A stretch of 64,000 nucleotides of DNA from assembly GCA_024704765.1 (NCBI GenBank), contig JAKMXF010000077.1, positions 62,001 to 126,000 of the forward strand, written 5' to 3'. The position numbers were made by a program, and so were the translations under genes. This document shows, piece by piece, positions 52,801-64,000 of this stretch; position 1 is the stretch's first letter; each line of letters begins with the position of its first letter. Below the pieces are notes generated by a model that had not been told where the DNA came from, ran no database searches, and saw nothing but the letters and a program-made list of their open reading frames with translations. This DNA is from Oopsacas minuta (taxonomy: Eukaryota; Animalia; Porifera).

Positions 52801-54519
52801 ATTTGGGAAACTTGATAACTCTATAATTCCATATATATTGACTATTAATATTAAGTAGTACACTGTTCGAATATATTAATTTTCGAACCTTTAGCATTGA
52901 GAGATTTTTGAGATATTAAAACATTAATCTAAATGCATTTCCATAGTAACTTAGAAATATGGTCACATTTCATCAAAACTTCCAGATGTTGATAAAACTA
53001 TAAATTCCAATGACAATAATGTCTACAATTCTAGTGATAGAAATATATTCAGAATGTGTGAAATTTGCTTTGGCAAAATAGACTTTCAACATAAAAAATT
53101 GGTTATCCACACTGAAGATGACACAGCATAAGTGTAATAGTCGACATGTGTACGTCGGGTCATGTCCACATAAAGATACATCTCATCTCCGACTAATATC
53201 AATTGGCTATATATTAAGTAGGCTATGCACGAAAAATTGCGTAACATGTAATTTATATACAAAAATCATAATTCAATACAAATTTATGATAAAAGGTACT
53301 TAAAGTCTGTAGAAAATTCATAAACACAATCAAACCGGATAGTCCTATAGTTTCCTTGATATCAAACAATGACTGGAGCATGAGTTGAAACTTTAGCAAG
53401 TTCCGAGTTATCAGAATAAAAAGTTGCTAATATGGAAGGAATGGCATTTGAGTGTAATGTTATGCGAAGAAAGAATTTCTATATAATTATGGATATTGGA
53501 AGCCATGATTATAGATAGTCAATATTCATACATGCTTTCCTCAGTCTTTCTAACAGAAGTGCAATATCCAAACAGAAAATAACATCCCAATTGACGATCC
53601 AATAATTTCATATTGATAATATATTTTTTCAATTCTAATATGATGAATAAATTTCAAAATACTGAGATTCAGTACATTACCCTGCCTGTGAATCTATCTC
53701 GTCAAACAGCACTTGTCAGTTGCAGGCATATTTGAATTGGCGAGGTTAATCAATATATGACTATTGATCAAGATTACAATTTGCGAAAGGCTATCGATTA
53801 CAACACTTATAAGGCTTAGGAAATATACAAAAAAGGTAATCGAAAAATGTAGAGAAATATCAAAAATAGCTAGAAATATTAAAGAAAATTGGCGACTACT
53901 ATCCATACAGTGATAAACATGGCTGATTAGGGTAAAATTCCATATTCAAAACTCCAAGAAAGTCGCATTTCTGAATTTCTATTAGTTGAAAACATAAAAT
54001 TGTGTATTAGAAATAGAATTTTAGCATGCTCACAACTGTGTTATGAGCAGATAGGGAATTGAATATTCTCATGATATTGGAAAATTATATTCATCCTAAT
54101 AAAAGCTACTTTCAAAGTTATTTTCCAAGAGTTAGTTGGAATGGAACATAGACGTTTTGGTTGCAATGTAATCAGTATAACTTTCTATAATCGTAGAAAA
54201 GATTTGGGTAGATTCTCTTAGAAAATATTTCTACAAAGACCATTATTATCTAAGTACTAAATATAGAGTATATTAGAATGAACGAATCAGAAATTGGTCC
54301 AAACTATTTTTGAGCACACTCGAGGTCGCATGGCTTTACGGCTGAAACAGTTAGAGAAGATGTTTGCCTCAAGATTTTGCTAGAATAGGGCAGCGAAACG
54401 TAGCGTCCATGACCATACACCAACGGAAAATGCTAGGTTTATCTTTCGGACAATAGCCCCCTTATAGAGGAATTTAAAATTAACATGTTATTTGCTAATT
54501 AGCAAATCTGAAGATTGAA

Positions 54520-55699
54520 ATGCATTTGTGTAATCGAATTAACAAATATGATTATTTAGAAATACCTTTATCCCTAAAATCAGTGCATTCCAAGGATACG
54601 TTTTGAAAGATTTATGGAAAAGACCAAATATCCTTGCATTCCTTTTTCAATATCTGATGAAATTTCCATCTCTCATCAATGTATTCCCATGCCCTCTGAT
54701 AGTTATTTGTGTGTCTTTCGTTGACTTATGCTATTAATACATCATTTGGATGGTAGAATGAAGAAATGGCTGCCTTCATATCATTAAGTAAATCTTCAAT
54801 GCATCGAATGCGTAACTCTTACTTGAGAAGATTGGGTATCAAATATATTATCCATCTAGTGATGACGGTACCACAACCATAGGTAATATAATAGGAAAAT
54901 GTTTTATCAATGTTAATTATTTCATTATTTATGATACATCGACGATGAATGAAGAAGACCGACTTGCTCTTAGCACTATTCACACAAACCTCTCAGGAAT
55001 ATTGCGGGTCTATAATTCTCATAAAAGGATAGACACTGTTAAAATCTACTCCATTTGCAAAGATACTTATGGGGAAATACATTGTAAATTCCTTGGGCAA
55101 ACATAACACCGTCTCTTCATAAACTACTTGTGCATTCTTCAAAATTAATCAGTGATTTAAATGGTGGTTTCGGATCGAAGACTCCATATAAAGAATGCAT
55201 GGATTCGGTAAACAAGCATGCAAGAAGATATAGGGAGAAGCTTACTCGTAAATTTTCTTTGAAGACAATGTAAGTGACATCTGCGTTAGACTCTTGAGTC
55301 AGAGTGATCCTATCCCTGCTCAATATTGTGATATATCAGAAGTCAATATGAAACATCAATTATCTGAACCAGAAAAATGGTGGAGACGTTAATACTTAAC
55401 TCATACTCTAAATATAGTGTATCAATTAGTCATTTAGTATATGTCAACATATTAAATAAATATAGTAATATTTATACATAATTTAATACTTATCACTTAA
55501 AATTACAAAAAGCATAAATGATCACATGTGGTATGAAGATGGTATGGCATCATTCCAGAAAATTCGAAGCCATATATTCAACCTGATAGGTTTAATTGAC
55601 TAGTTTGGGTTGATAACCTACATATGAATAGTACATTATGCAGATCTACCACACACCTAAATACCTAATCTGACAATTTTGTCATTTTGAGCCACTGTG
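54520..55699 (+). mobile_element. Second, divergent RAG1-like/Transib relic (3' half plus one TIR)
   Basis: Broken frames SYLCVFR*LMLLIHHL, GTTTIGNI, PWANITPSLHKLLVHS, VNKHARRYREKLTRK and DICVRLLSQSDP are collinear with the 15201-16217 protein. End revcomp CACAGTGGCTCAAAATG (55683-55699) matches the first element's left end at 15/17. Left end not found. Confidence 0.82.
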
Positions 55700-57644
55700 A
55701 TCCAATTGATAAATGTGATGTCAAACCTTTGTAGGTAACACGAAGTGTCAGCATTTAATAATACTAGAACTTTTGTGAGGTATGGAAAATCTGCTTCATT
55801 ATTAGCATTAGGGCTAAGCTAGTGGCACCCTACACTCAAAAGGGAAACTCCAACGAAAAGGTCAACATTCTTGACACAAAAATTATCTATCGTATAGCTA
55901 GTAATAGTTGATGTGTTTATGAAGAAACTAAATCGTTTGTTTAGTATTGTGTTTGAGTCGGAGGTCAAGTGGCCGAAATATTCGAAAATCCAATATATTG
56001 AACCTCTTAGAGCAAATCGATTAGCTAAAAACAGTTAGAAATAAAGCAGATGACGCATAATTCACCAAAGAAAGAGCATTGGAAACTTACATATAGTATA
56101 GGGATACACATTGCCTTGTTTTTGGCCAAAGTAATGGAACACTATACAACAAGTGACACATGGCACCAAACAGGTAGAGACAGAAGATTATTTTCCAATT
56201 TTGAAAATAATTATACCAAAAAGATGATGACAAACTATGGTTGTACTTCCTGCTTTAAGAACAGAATCTTGCAACGTAATTTTGCAGTAAGACACTTGGG
56301 TCACAAGTGGCACAATACTTTTGCCAGGCAGAGTAAACATCATGAGGCCAGTATAAATCTGCCTGAAAATTACAAAGATATTGCAAAACGTGAAATGAAA
56401 GTATCAGCAAAAATTCGAGTTTACGATAGTTGAAATCCCATGAAGTAAAAAATTTGTTCCGGGCCAAATATCCTGCTGACCTGTGTTGCCAATAATGTGT
56501 ACATTCATACATAGATTTGCAATGACATCTAGAATAACCAATTACAGCCGAAGCGTTACATTCGTAAACAAAAGGAACAGTAAAATTTTACCACTTCGCT
56601 TTGGCCTATTCCTGTAGCCAAATCGAGATTTTAATGCCTTTCTGACGTTCACAGAAATTTCCCATACTATTCAGTTAAGAGAATGGTCTCTGCCATGTTT
56701 TCCATAAAATATACTAAAATCGGTCTATGGCCGATATATCCTAAAAATGGGCGAATTTTCTTTAGTTCAAAATTGCCGGAATATCTTTCGATTATGCAAT
56801 AATTATTTCGAATTGCTTTGCTGATATTTATTACTGAAACTGGGCCCATGGATGAAATGAAACTCCAAAAATTGGGATAAATACAGTTCTCCCGATATTT
56901 TAACTATTCTGTAAATAGAATACCGTCTTTATATAATTTTAATTAAATTCATCAAATTTTGGAAGGTTATCAGGAACAAACTTAAAATCCATAAATTAGT
57001 TTCAATTTAGGGTCTAATTTGCTAAATAGGTGAATTTAAATGAAAGAATCTACGAATTTTTACTCGATCAGCATTATTTCGAAAATATTAAATATAAGTA
57101 GGAGTTACGTTTGTATTTATGTTTTGGGGATGCAATTTCCATCTATCTGAGAGGGTGAAGCACTCTCAGATTGAAATTCAGGACGGCCTGGCCGAAGCCA
57201 ATCTCTCCATTATGACAACGTCGCAGAACAAGGCAAAAGTCCCAAGTAACAGCTGTATCTGTCACCAATATTCAAAGTTGCTCTACTCTAACCGATTACT
57301 GCCGAAGTGTTAAGTTCGTAACAAAAAGGAAGAATACTAATTTATCACTTTGTTTCAACTTATTCTCGAATTGTGAGGCAGCCGAAAGATTAATGTTGGG
57401 GGGACCTTGCCCCCTGCGAGCACCCACGTTTTACTCAACGCAAAAGTAAACAATGACTTAAAAATTGTTTCAGGGATTGTTTAATTACACTTGCGAAATA
57501 TCAGAAATATTTGAGATTACATATTATATTTATGCCTACCTCACTGAGAGCTTTGCTGTTGAAATAACCAGCTTATTAATGGATATATAGGCATTTTAGA
57601 CTGGTGGCTCTAAGGGTTTGGGTGAGTTAGAAACCTCTTAATAA

Positions 57645-59928
57645 CGCAGGTCCACAAAATTTAACTTCATTTTCCCATCAAGTATTAGATTGACATTTCT
57701 AAGCAAGTCTTTTACGCTGAATTCAAATCTGCTTTCAGATCCTTTCCAGCACGTCCAGTTATTTTCCATCTACAAGTCAACGATTTTTATGTATTTCCTA
57801 AATTTTTCCTGCTATTTTATGGCAGTGGCTGTCCTTTTGTCTTCTTGCATGATAGCCATCTGAAATAAATCAACGTTTCGATGTTTTAGATTAATGCCAA
57901 GATAATATCAGTTATTATCCTAGCTCTTACATATAATTATTCACATTCATGCATGTATCAACTACTCACAAATTAAGGGGAAATACATATCCATCTAGAT
58001 GTATAAAGGTAGCTAACTAAATTTAAAGTGTTGAGAGTACGACTTCCTTTTATATATCTTGTTGGGATTATCTTTGAAGAGCCTCCAACAGTAATCGGAC
58101 ATCATATCCTCATTCCAGAAACCTTGGTATCGGGTTTCCATCTCCTGTATGTCTTGGTGGAATCTCTCACCCTGTTTACCACTTACAGCACCAAGGTTCT
58201 CAGGGAAAATCAAGGTGAGAGTGCAAGAAGTGAAGTTTTAGCGACATGCGACAGCCCATCTTCTCGCATGCGTTAAGCAAGGTTTCCACTCCTTCTCTGT
58301 AGTTGGACGACTTCTTGTTGCACAAAAAGTTTTCACAAACCCATTTAAAAGAATTCCAAGCACTCATTTCTAATTCGGATAATGTCTTCTCGAAATCTGG
58401 ATCTCTGAATACTTGTCTGATTTGTGGTCCTACAAATACTCCCTCTTTTACCTTTGCCTCGCTTAGTTTCGGAAATTTGCCAACCAAATGCAGAAATCCT
58501 GCGGAATTTGTTTTGCCCATTGTTTCAACGAATGTTTTCATTAATCCAAGTTTAATATGGAGTGGGGGTAAGAAGACTTTGTTTGGATCTACCAATGGCG
58601 AATGCTGTAAATTGGTTTTCCCCACTTCGTAGGTTCTCTTCGGACAATCACATTTTTTATAATCTTCACCAGTTGCTCGGCTGTCCCATAGACATAGGAA
58701 ACAACAATACTTTGTAAAACCTTGTTGCAAGCCCATCAATAGCCCGATTATCTTAAAATCACCGCAGATATTCCATATATGTGTTCTATACTGTATTGCC
58801 TCCAAAACTTCCGGAAAATTGACGAAGGTTTCTTGAGACAGACGGAGTGAGCAATTGGAACGCGGCTTTGGATTCCGTTATGCAACAGAACAGCTTACAA
58901 ACTGCGTTTTGACGAGTCGATGAAAAGGCACCAATCAGAGGAAGAATGTTCTTGTATTAGGTTTGCATAGAGTCCTTCGATATCATTACAATAGCACAGT
59001 GGACCATCAGTGGTGTAGTATTGAGCGAGATCGAAATTTCGTTTGCGATAGTGGGATACTAGGACATCTTTGTCGAGTAGGTTTTTCTGTTTGAGCCTGG
59101 ATGCAAGGAGTTCAGCTTTGTCTTTAGATAAGTCTAGATCCCTGACCAGGTCATTCAATACTCCCTGTGTAAATGTTTGTGGCTCTAGTAATTCATCTTC
59201 CGGGACATAATTAGCATCTGTAGAATCTGCATGAACATCTTCCACCATGTCAGACCCGATTTTAATTTGCTGTGGCTTGGGAATTGGGATTGGTAATGAG
59301 ATGTCGTGTAGAATTGGCCTGCGAGCAGAATCCAAGTCTGGGCAAACAAGAGCGTGCTTATTCTTGGCTGAGAATCCTGCAATGTCGATAAGGCAAAAGT
59401 AACAATCATCAAGGTGATTTTTCTGAGCCCCTCCAGACCATGGGTATTGCAAATGGCATTGAACTTTCCTTTTGTTCAACCAACCACGTAGTCCACTTGA
59501 ACAAGAAGTGCATATGACATGTGGGGCCCACGACTTGTCTTGGTCACCAAGTGGACATTGGAAGTACAATTTGTATATGTTCTTTAATTGATTTGTGATT
59601 GGTTGTCTTTGTGATTTTACGCAAAAAAGACCACAAACGTAACAGAAATTGTCGGGATGAGTTCTACAATTGCGATGCATGTTTATAATTTGATTTGCTT
59701 GAATTCAAATAAGTAAAGTCATTTATATTCCAGATAATTGAATCAGAATAGGCATGCTCATAAGGCAGTTTAGTAACTGGGTAATACTATACTACTGAAA
59801 GATGGATATTGGATGTCAAAATAACTGGACGTGCTAGAGAAATTCTGATCACAGATTCGAGTTCAGCATTCAAAAGTATGCTAAGATAAATGTATGTGAT
59901 CTCTGATGAGAAATCTTGCTGAATTGTG
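57645..59928 (-). mobile_element. Chapaev3-type (CMC) transposon
   Basis: Transposase below. Weak TIRs CGCAGGTCCACAAAATTT and CACAATTCAGCAAGATTT (12/18). TAA on both flanks. Subterminal GCTGAATTCAAATCTG and GATTCGAGTTCAGCA motifs. Confidence 0.65.
58013..59680 (-). pseudogene. Chapaev3-family transposase, disrupted
   Basis: HPDNFCYVCG...DQDKSWAPHVICTSC, FIDSSKRSL*, GDFKIIGLLMGLQQGFTKYCCFLCLWDSR, LPPLHIKLG, HFLHSHLD, QGERFHQD. Confidence 0.88.
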
Positions 59929-60179
59929 TAATTCTTCTAGACACCCATTCGGCCAGATGATATCACTATGCGTCAACCATTTCGTGCTCAGAAATACTTA
60001 AGCACAACTGAAATTGATAAATACTTGGATTTCTACAATACAAACCCTAGCAAAAATATGGTTAGAATCGGTGCAATACTTGCCTTGGAGAGTAAGAACT
60101 CTAAGAATACAACGAAACATTTAGAAAAGTGGAAAATAAAACATGGATTTCTTATGTTTGCGTCATAAAACATTTAGTA

Positions 60180-60790
60180 TTTAATAGCTAAAACTGGTGA
60201 GCCAACCACTATTGGTGAAAAGTCATTCTTCCACAATTAAAGAAGTAGGACTACTATCATCCATGGAAATGGTCGAAGTATTATACAGTCATTACTCTAA
60301 AAAAAGATACAGTTACTGATGTCGAAATTCACTATATGACTTACTTTGAATTACAGAATTTTCACTTCAAATTGCTGAATCTACTCTTCCAGAAAATGAA
60401 GAGCAATTTCTTGTATATGTTCGATTCAATCAAGGGGCCGAGTTGCTTGAAGAAATGCCCTTTGCTAGAAGGCAGGTAACAGATTCAAAGATGAATCAAT
60501 TTTCAAAGTTGTGGAATATCTTTCCAAGTAAAGAAATCTCCTTTGCTTAATATTATTTCATTATTTATAGATGGTGCACCTATTTTGGTTGGTCGACATC
60601 GTGGCTATATTGATGTATGACACGCGCTGTGACTGAACTTTATGCTATTCACTGCGTTGTTCATCTCATAAATTTGGTCGCTAAAAATCTTAATGTGCGG
60701 TTGCATGATTCATAAAATATCGTCATTACTGTGCTAAACAAGATCAAATCGAACGCACTTAATCATAGGATATTTAGTCACCTTTGTGAT
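60180..60790 (+). pseudogene. Degraded Buster/SCAND3-like hAT fragment, paralogous to 31560-32180
   Basis: Clear nucleotide similarity to about 31790-32180 (shared TTCAAAGTTGTGGAA, GATGGTGC, GCTATTCACTGCGTTGTTCATC and GTCATTACTGTG). Confidence 0.7.
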
Positions 60791-62170
60791 TGTCAATTAT
60801 GAGATTGCCGTCCGGAAAATTCTGGACATTATTAATGTCCGACACATAACAAATCCAAGTAAATGTATTCACTTCAAAATTATCTTGATCACAATATTTA
60901 TGTAATAACCTTGAAATATCCTTCTCTTTCCAATAACTATATGTTGTAGAAATTGACAGGGGTATATCAAGGTGCTAGGCGGGCATATAAAAGTGCCAAA
61001 TCATAAACAACAAAGAAGACAAATTGCTGATAATGAGACAGAAATTAGACAGAACCAACATTTTAACGCCCTAAAAGTGCCATCCCAAGAGGCTGCGTGC
61101 CAGGATAATGCTGGACCAGATATTCATGTATAAACCCCTGAAACAGAGACAAATAAAATTCTGATTTCTGAAATAGATTTGCCTGCAGTCAATATATCTG
61201 CCCTTCACAAATTTCTTTATAAAATTCGGAATTTTTGCATCTATTTTTTATCACACCAAGCAAAATGCAAGTAAGGAGATAATCTTGCGTAGCTGTAATT
61301 CATTAATACATAATCCTATTCAATCAAAATAATTCTTGGAGGAAAATCCAGGAGGCCAATGTCACAGTGCGAAGAAGAATAATCAGAAAAGGCACCCAAT
61401 ATATAGTATTGCACACAAGATCCAAGTCCAGATAATTTCAGATTATCTTGGCTATTCTTGATCTTATCATACATTTTTCTGCGATTAGACAAAATTTTCG
61501 GGCTACTTGGTTATTAGAAGCTAGTATTTATGATTTTTGAGATTTGAATGTGCTATGTTAACCTGGGATGTTGCAACATTAATGCGTTGCCATTGAAAAT
61601 TTCTGAGGCTTAAGAAGCGTCAGGATCCAGCATTCTAGACCTCGAATTCGAAAATAACAATAATAAATCAAAACACTTGAGATATCGTTTAGCGAGTGAT
61701 TATTATCGTCATATAAGGATGGCATAACCCGCGACCGTAAGCTAATATGGAATTTTACAAAAAATGTCATTATTCTGAAAATTTTCTATATCAGAAATTC
61801 CAAGACTTCTAGGTATATTTTTATTGCTTTACATGTATATTTCATATATTGTGAAATTTATGAATTGTCATCCTTTGAATCCTGAACTACACTGTCCCAA
61901 TTCCGTAGCCACCAAACAAACATTCTATATGAAAGAGTATTCTCATAGCTATGGTAATATCGACATGATGCCCACTCACAAATTGATTTTTGCTCGTAGC
62001 CCTTGCAAATAAAGATCTATAGGAAGGTTCAACATGAAGTGCCATCAATACTTAGCTGATTTGAGAACTTGCTTTATAGATGGCTAGTAATACTGAAATC
62101 ATGTGTCTACCTATTAATTTGAATATATTTACCTTCGGGACTAGTTCCCCTGAATTCCATTAATAGACGA

Positions 62171-62463
62171 CAGGGCTGAGTTAATTCATTTTTGAGTTGG
62201 CAAAATAAACTCATATAAGTTACTCAACTTATAAAACCAGACAATTTGTGCATCATAAACTCATCAACTCATTCAATTAATTACAAACTCAATTTGAGAA
62301 ATGAGTTGGTTGAATCAACACGATTTGAGAAATGAGGTGGTTCTATCAACTCAATTTCGCACGTACAACTCATTCAAACCATTCAACCTTTAAACATAAA
62401 TTCATTCAACTCATTAAAAAATGAGTTAATTTCATCAGCTCAAAATGAGCTGATACAGCCCTG
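62171..62463. mobile_element. 293-bp MITE related to the 40781-43738 hAT
   Basis: Ends CAGGGCTG...TTTTGAGTTGGCAAAAT and AAAATGAGCTGATACAGCCCTG match the big element's ends. Same AACTCATT/AATGAGTT motifs. TSD not preserved. Confidence 0.8.
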
Positions 62464-63338
62464 ATAATTATTAGCAGCTCGTTATGTCCCCCTCTACCTT
62501 TACCAGAAAAGTCAACATCTGCCCAAGCACAAAGAAGTTAATCAGGTTGGCCTAACAATAAAGTTTGCATTTACCAGCATGGATAATCCACTTGCCTGAA
62601 TTTCTCGTAACCATTCCTACTCTCGCACTCCGGCTATGAGCGTGATAAGTATAAATATACATGATTTGGAATCATAGTGGCATAACTGGCATTGGAAAAA
62701 TAATGTCAACAGACAGAAATATTGGATTTGGGATAGCGAGGGACCGGATTTATAAACCCGGGGCAAATCAAGGAAAAATCATATTATGTAACAAGGCAGT
62801 GGTGATCAAAGGGCCTTATAGACCTGGGACCAGAATTTTCAACTCAGTGACAAATATTCCAGTAGCAATCCCCTTGGACCGCTACTGCATAAATATCTTA
62901 ATATACTATCCTGATTCCAGGTACATACAAAGTGAATCATTATCAGTATAGATTAATAAGAGACATTAATCCCAAAGTAAATATTAAACCATCGGTGGAA
63001 GTTGCGTGAACTGTAACGTAGATATCCGGATAATCGAGAGTATAATCGCAATTGAAAAACCTAAAACATGAAGCAACTATCTTTGCAATTGTAAACATCA
63101 CGTTCGCAAAATCCCCAGAATTAGAATCGGCCTACTTGTGTCACGCTTTCCACCCCTTTTTACACATTTTGTAATAGGAAAGGAATGAGGCTGTTAAACG
63201 TCGCATACTACACCCTCCCGATTTATGATGCTTAAAGTTTGAAAGGAATCAAATTAAGGATAAAATTCCTCAATAAATATCAAATAGATAAGAAATTTGC
63301 CAATCGACAATCGCAAATTCTCTAGATTTGATTAGCAG

Positions 63339-63854
63339 TAGAGATGGGACGGATGTGAGATTTCCCACATCCGCGGATGCGGATAAAGATGCGGATAAAG
63401 ATGCGGATGTGGAATTTTGAACCTCCGCGGATGCGGATATGGATGCGGATTTGGAATTTTGAACCTCAGCGGATGCGGATTTCAACTTTACAGGGCAGAC
63501 AGTATTGTATTTCTAATTTACTCGATACAGCATATATTGGTTCTTTGTATTATACTCTAAACTCTAAACAATAAATATTTCCAGATCATACTGTTGAATC
63601 TGAAAATTGAGGCCATTAATTATGGAATTAAAGCAGGAATAAATATAATCGTAGGAGGTAAATGTAATATCAATCTATAGTAGTGTAAACGTGATGGGCA
63701 AATAGTAATATTTAAGCGTATATTAGACAATTACAAATATAATTGGTTCCTATTACAGTAGGAAAACAAGGGCGGATATGCATAATACGCGTATCCGCGG
63801 ATGCGGATGTAAAGATGGAGCTGAAAAGTTACGTGGAGCTCCGTCCCATTCCTA
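63339..63854. mobile_element. 516-bp hAT MITE with GCGGAT subterminal repeats
   Basis: TIRs TAG(AG/GA)ATGGGACGGA. TSD ATTAGCAG/ATTGGCAG (7/8). Tandem GCGGAT arrays near both ends. Confidence 0.82.
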
Positions 63855-64000
63855 ATTGGCAGGACTGCTTGAAAATAAAGGCTGTCCTAATTTGAACACT
63901 ATTTCAATGATTATCAAGTGGGAAGGGGAAATTGACGAAACATGTGACAACCATGGCGTGTGCGATAACTCAGGAATGTGCGGACATTACCATAACAACT

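Noticed and set aside
56050-56512. 127-aa ORF; antisense NKFFTS (piggyBac DNFFTS-like) and GPCR TM5-like IVPLVTQVSYCKI
   Set aside because: Isolated motifs without flanking family signatures, TTAA ends or further transmembrane support.
62661-62951. 96-aa ORF in a slightly GC-richer block
   Set aside because: No recognisable domain in any frame.

Overview
AT-rich eukaryotic (most likely invertebrate) DNA with no intact host gene that I can recognise. The window is a dense graveyard of cut-and-paste DNA transposons: Tc1/mariner (rosa DD41D, three maT DD37D, one Tc1 DD34E), several hAT lineages and their MITEs, a P-element relic and a Chapaev3 element. The main object is a RAG1-like/Transib-superfamily transposon at 11698-20561 with both ends preserved. 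Both ends start with the exact V(D)J RSS heptamer CACAGTG and it is flanked by a 5-bp TSD (GATGC). Its disrupted minus-strand transposase keeps D/D/E, the CxxC and HxxxxH zinc ligands, a segment that aligns by eye without gaps to the RAG1 nonamer-binding domain, and a CX2CX3GH-type C-terminal tail. There is no room for a RAG2-like gene. Three other transposons are nested inside it, including a 1.9-kb fold-back hAT derivative. A second, divergent relic of the same group lies at about 54520-55699. All alignments, counts and family calls were made by eye from remembered motifs; no database search was run.
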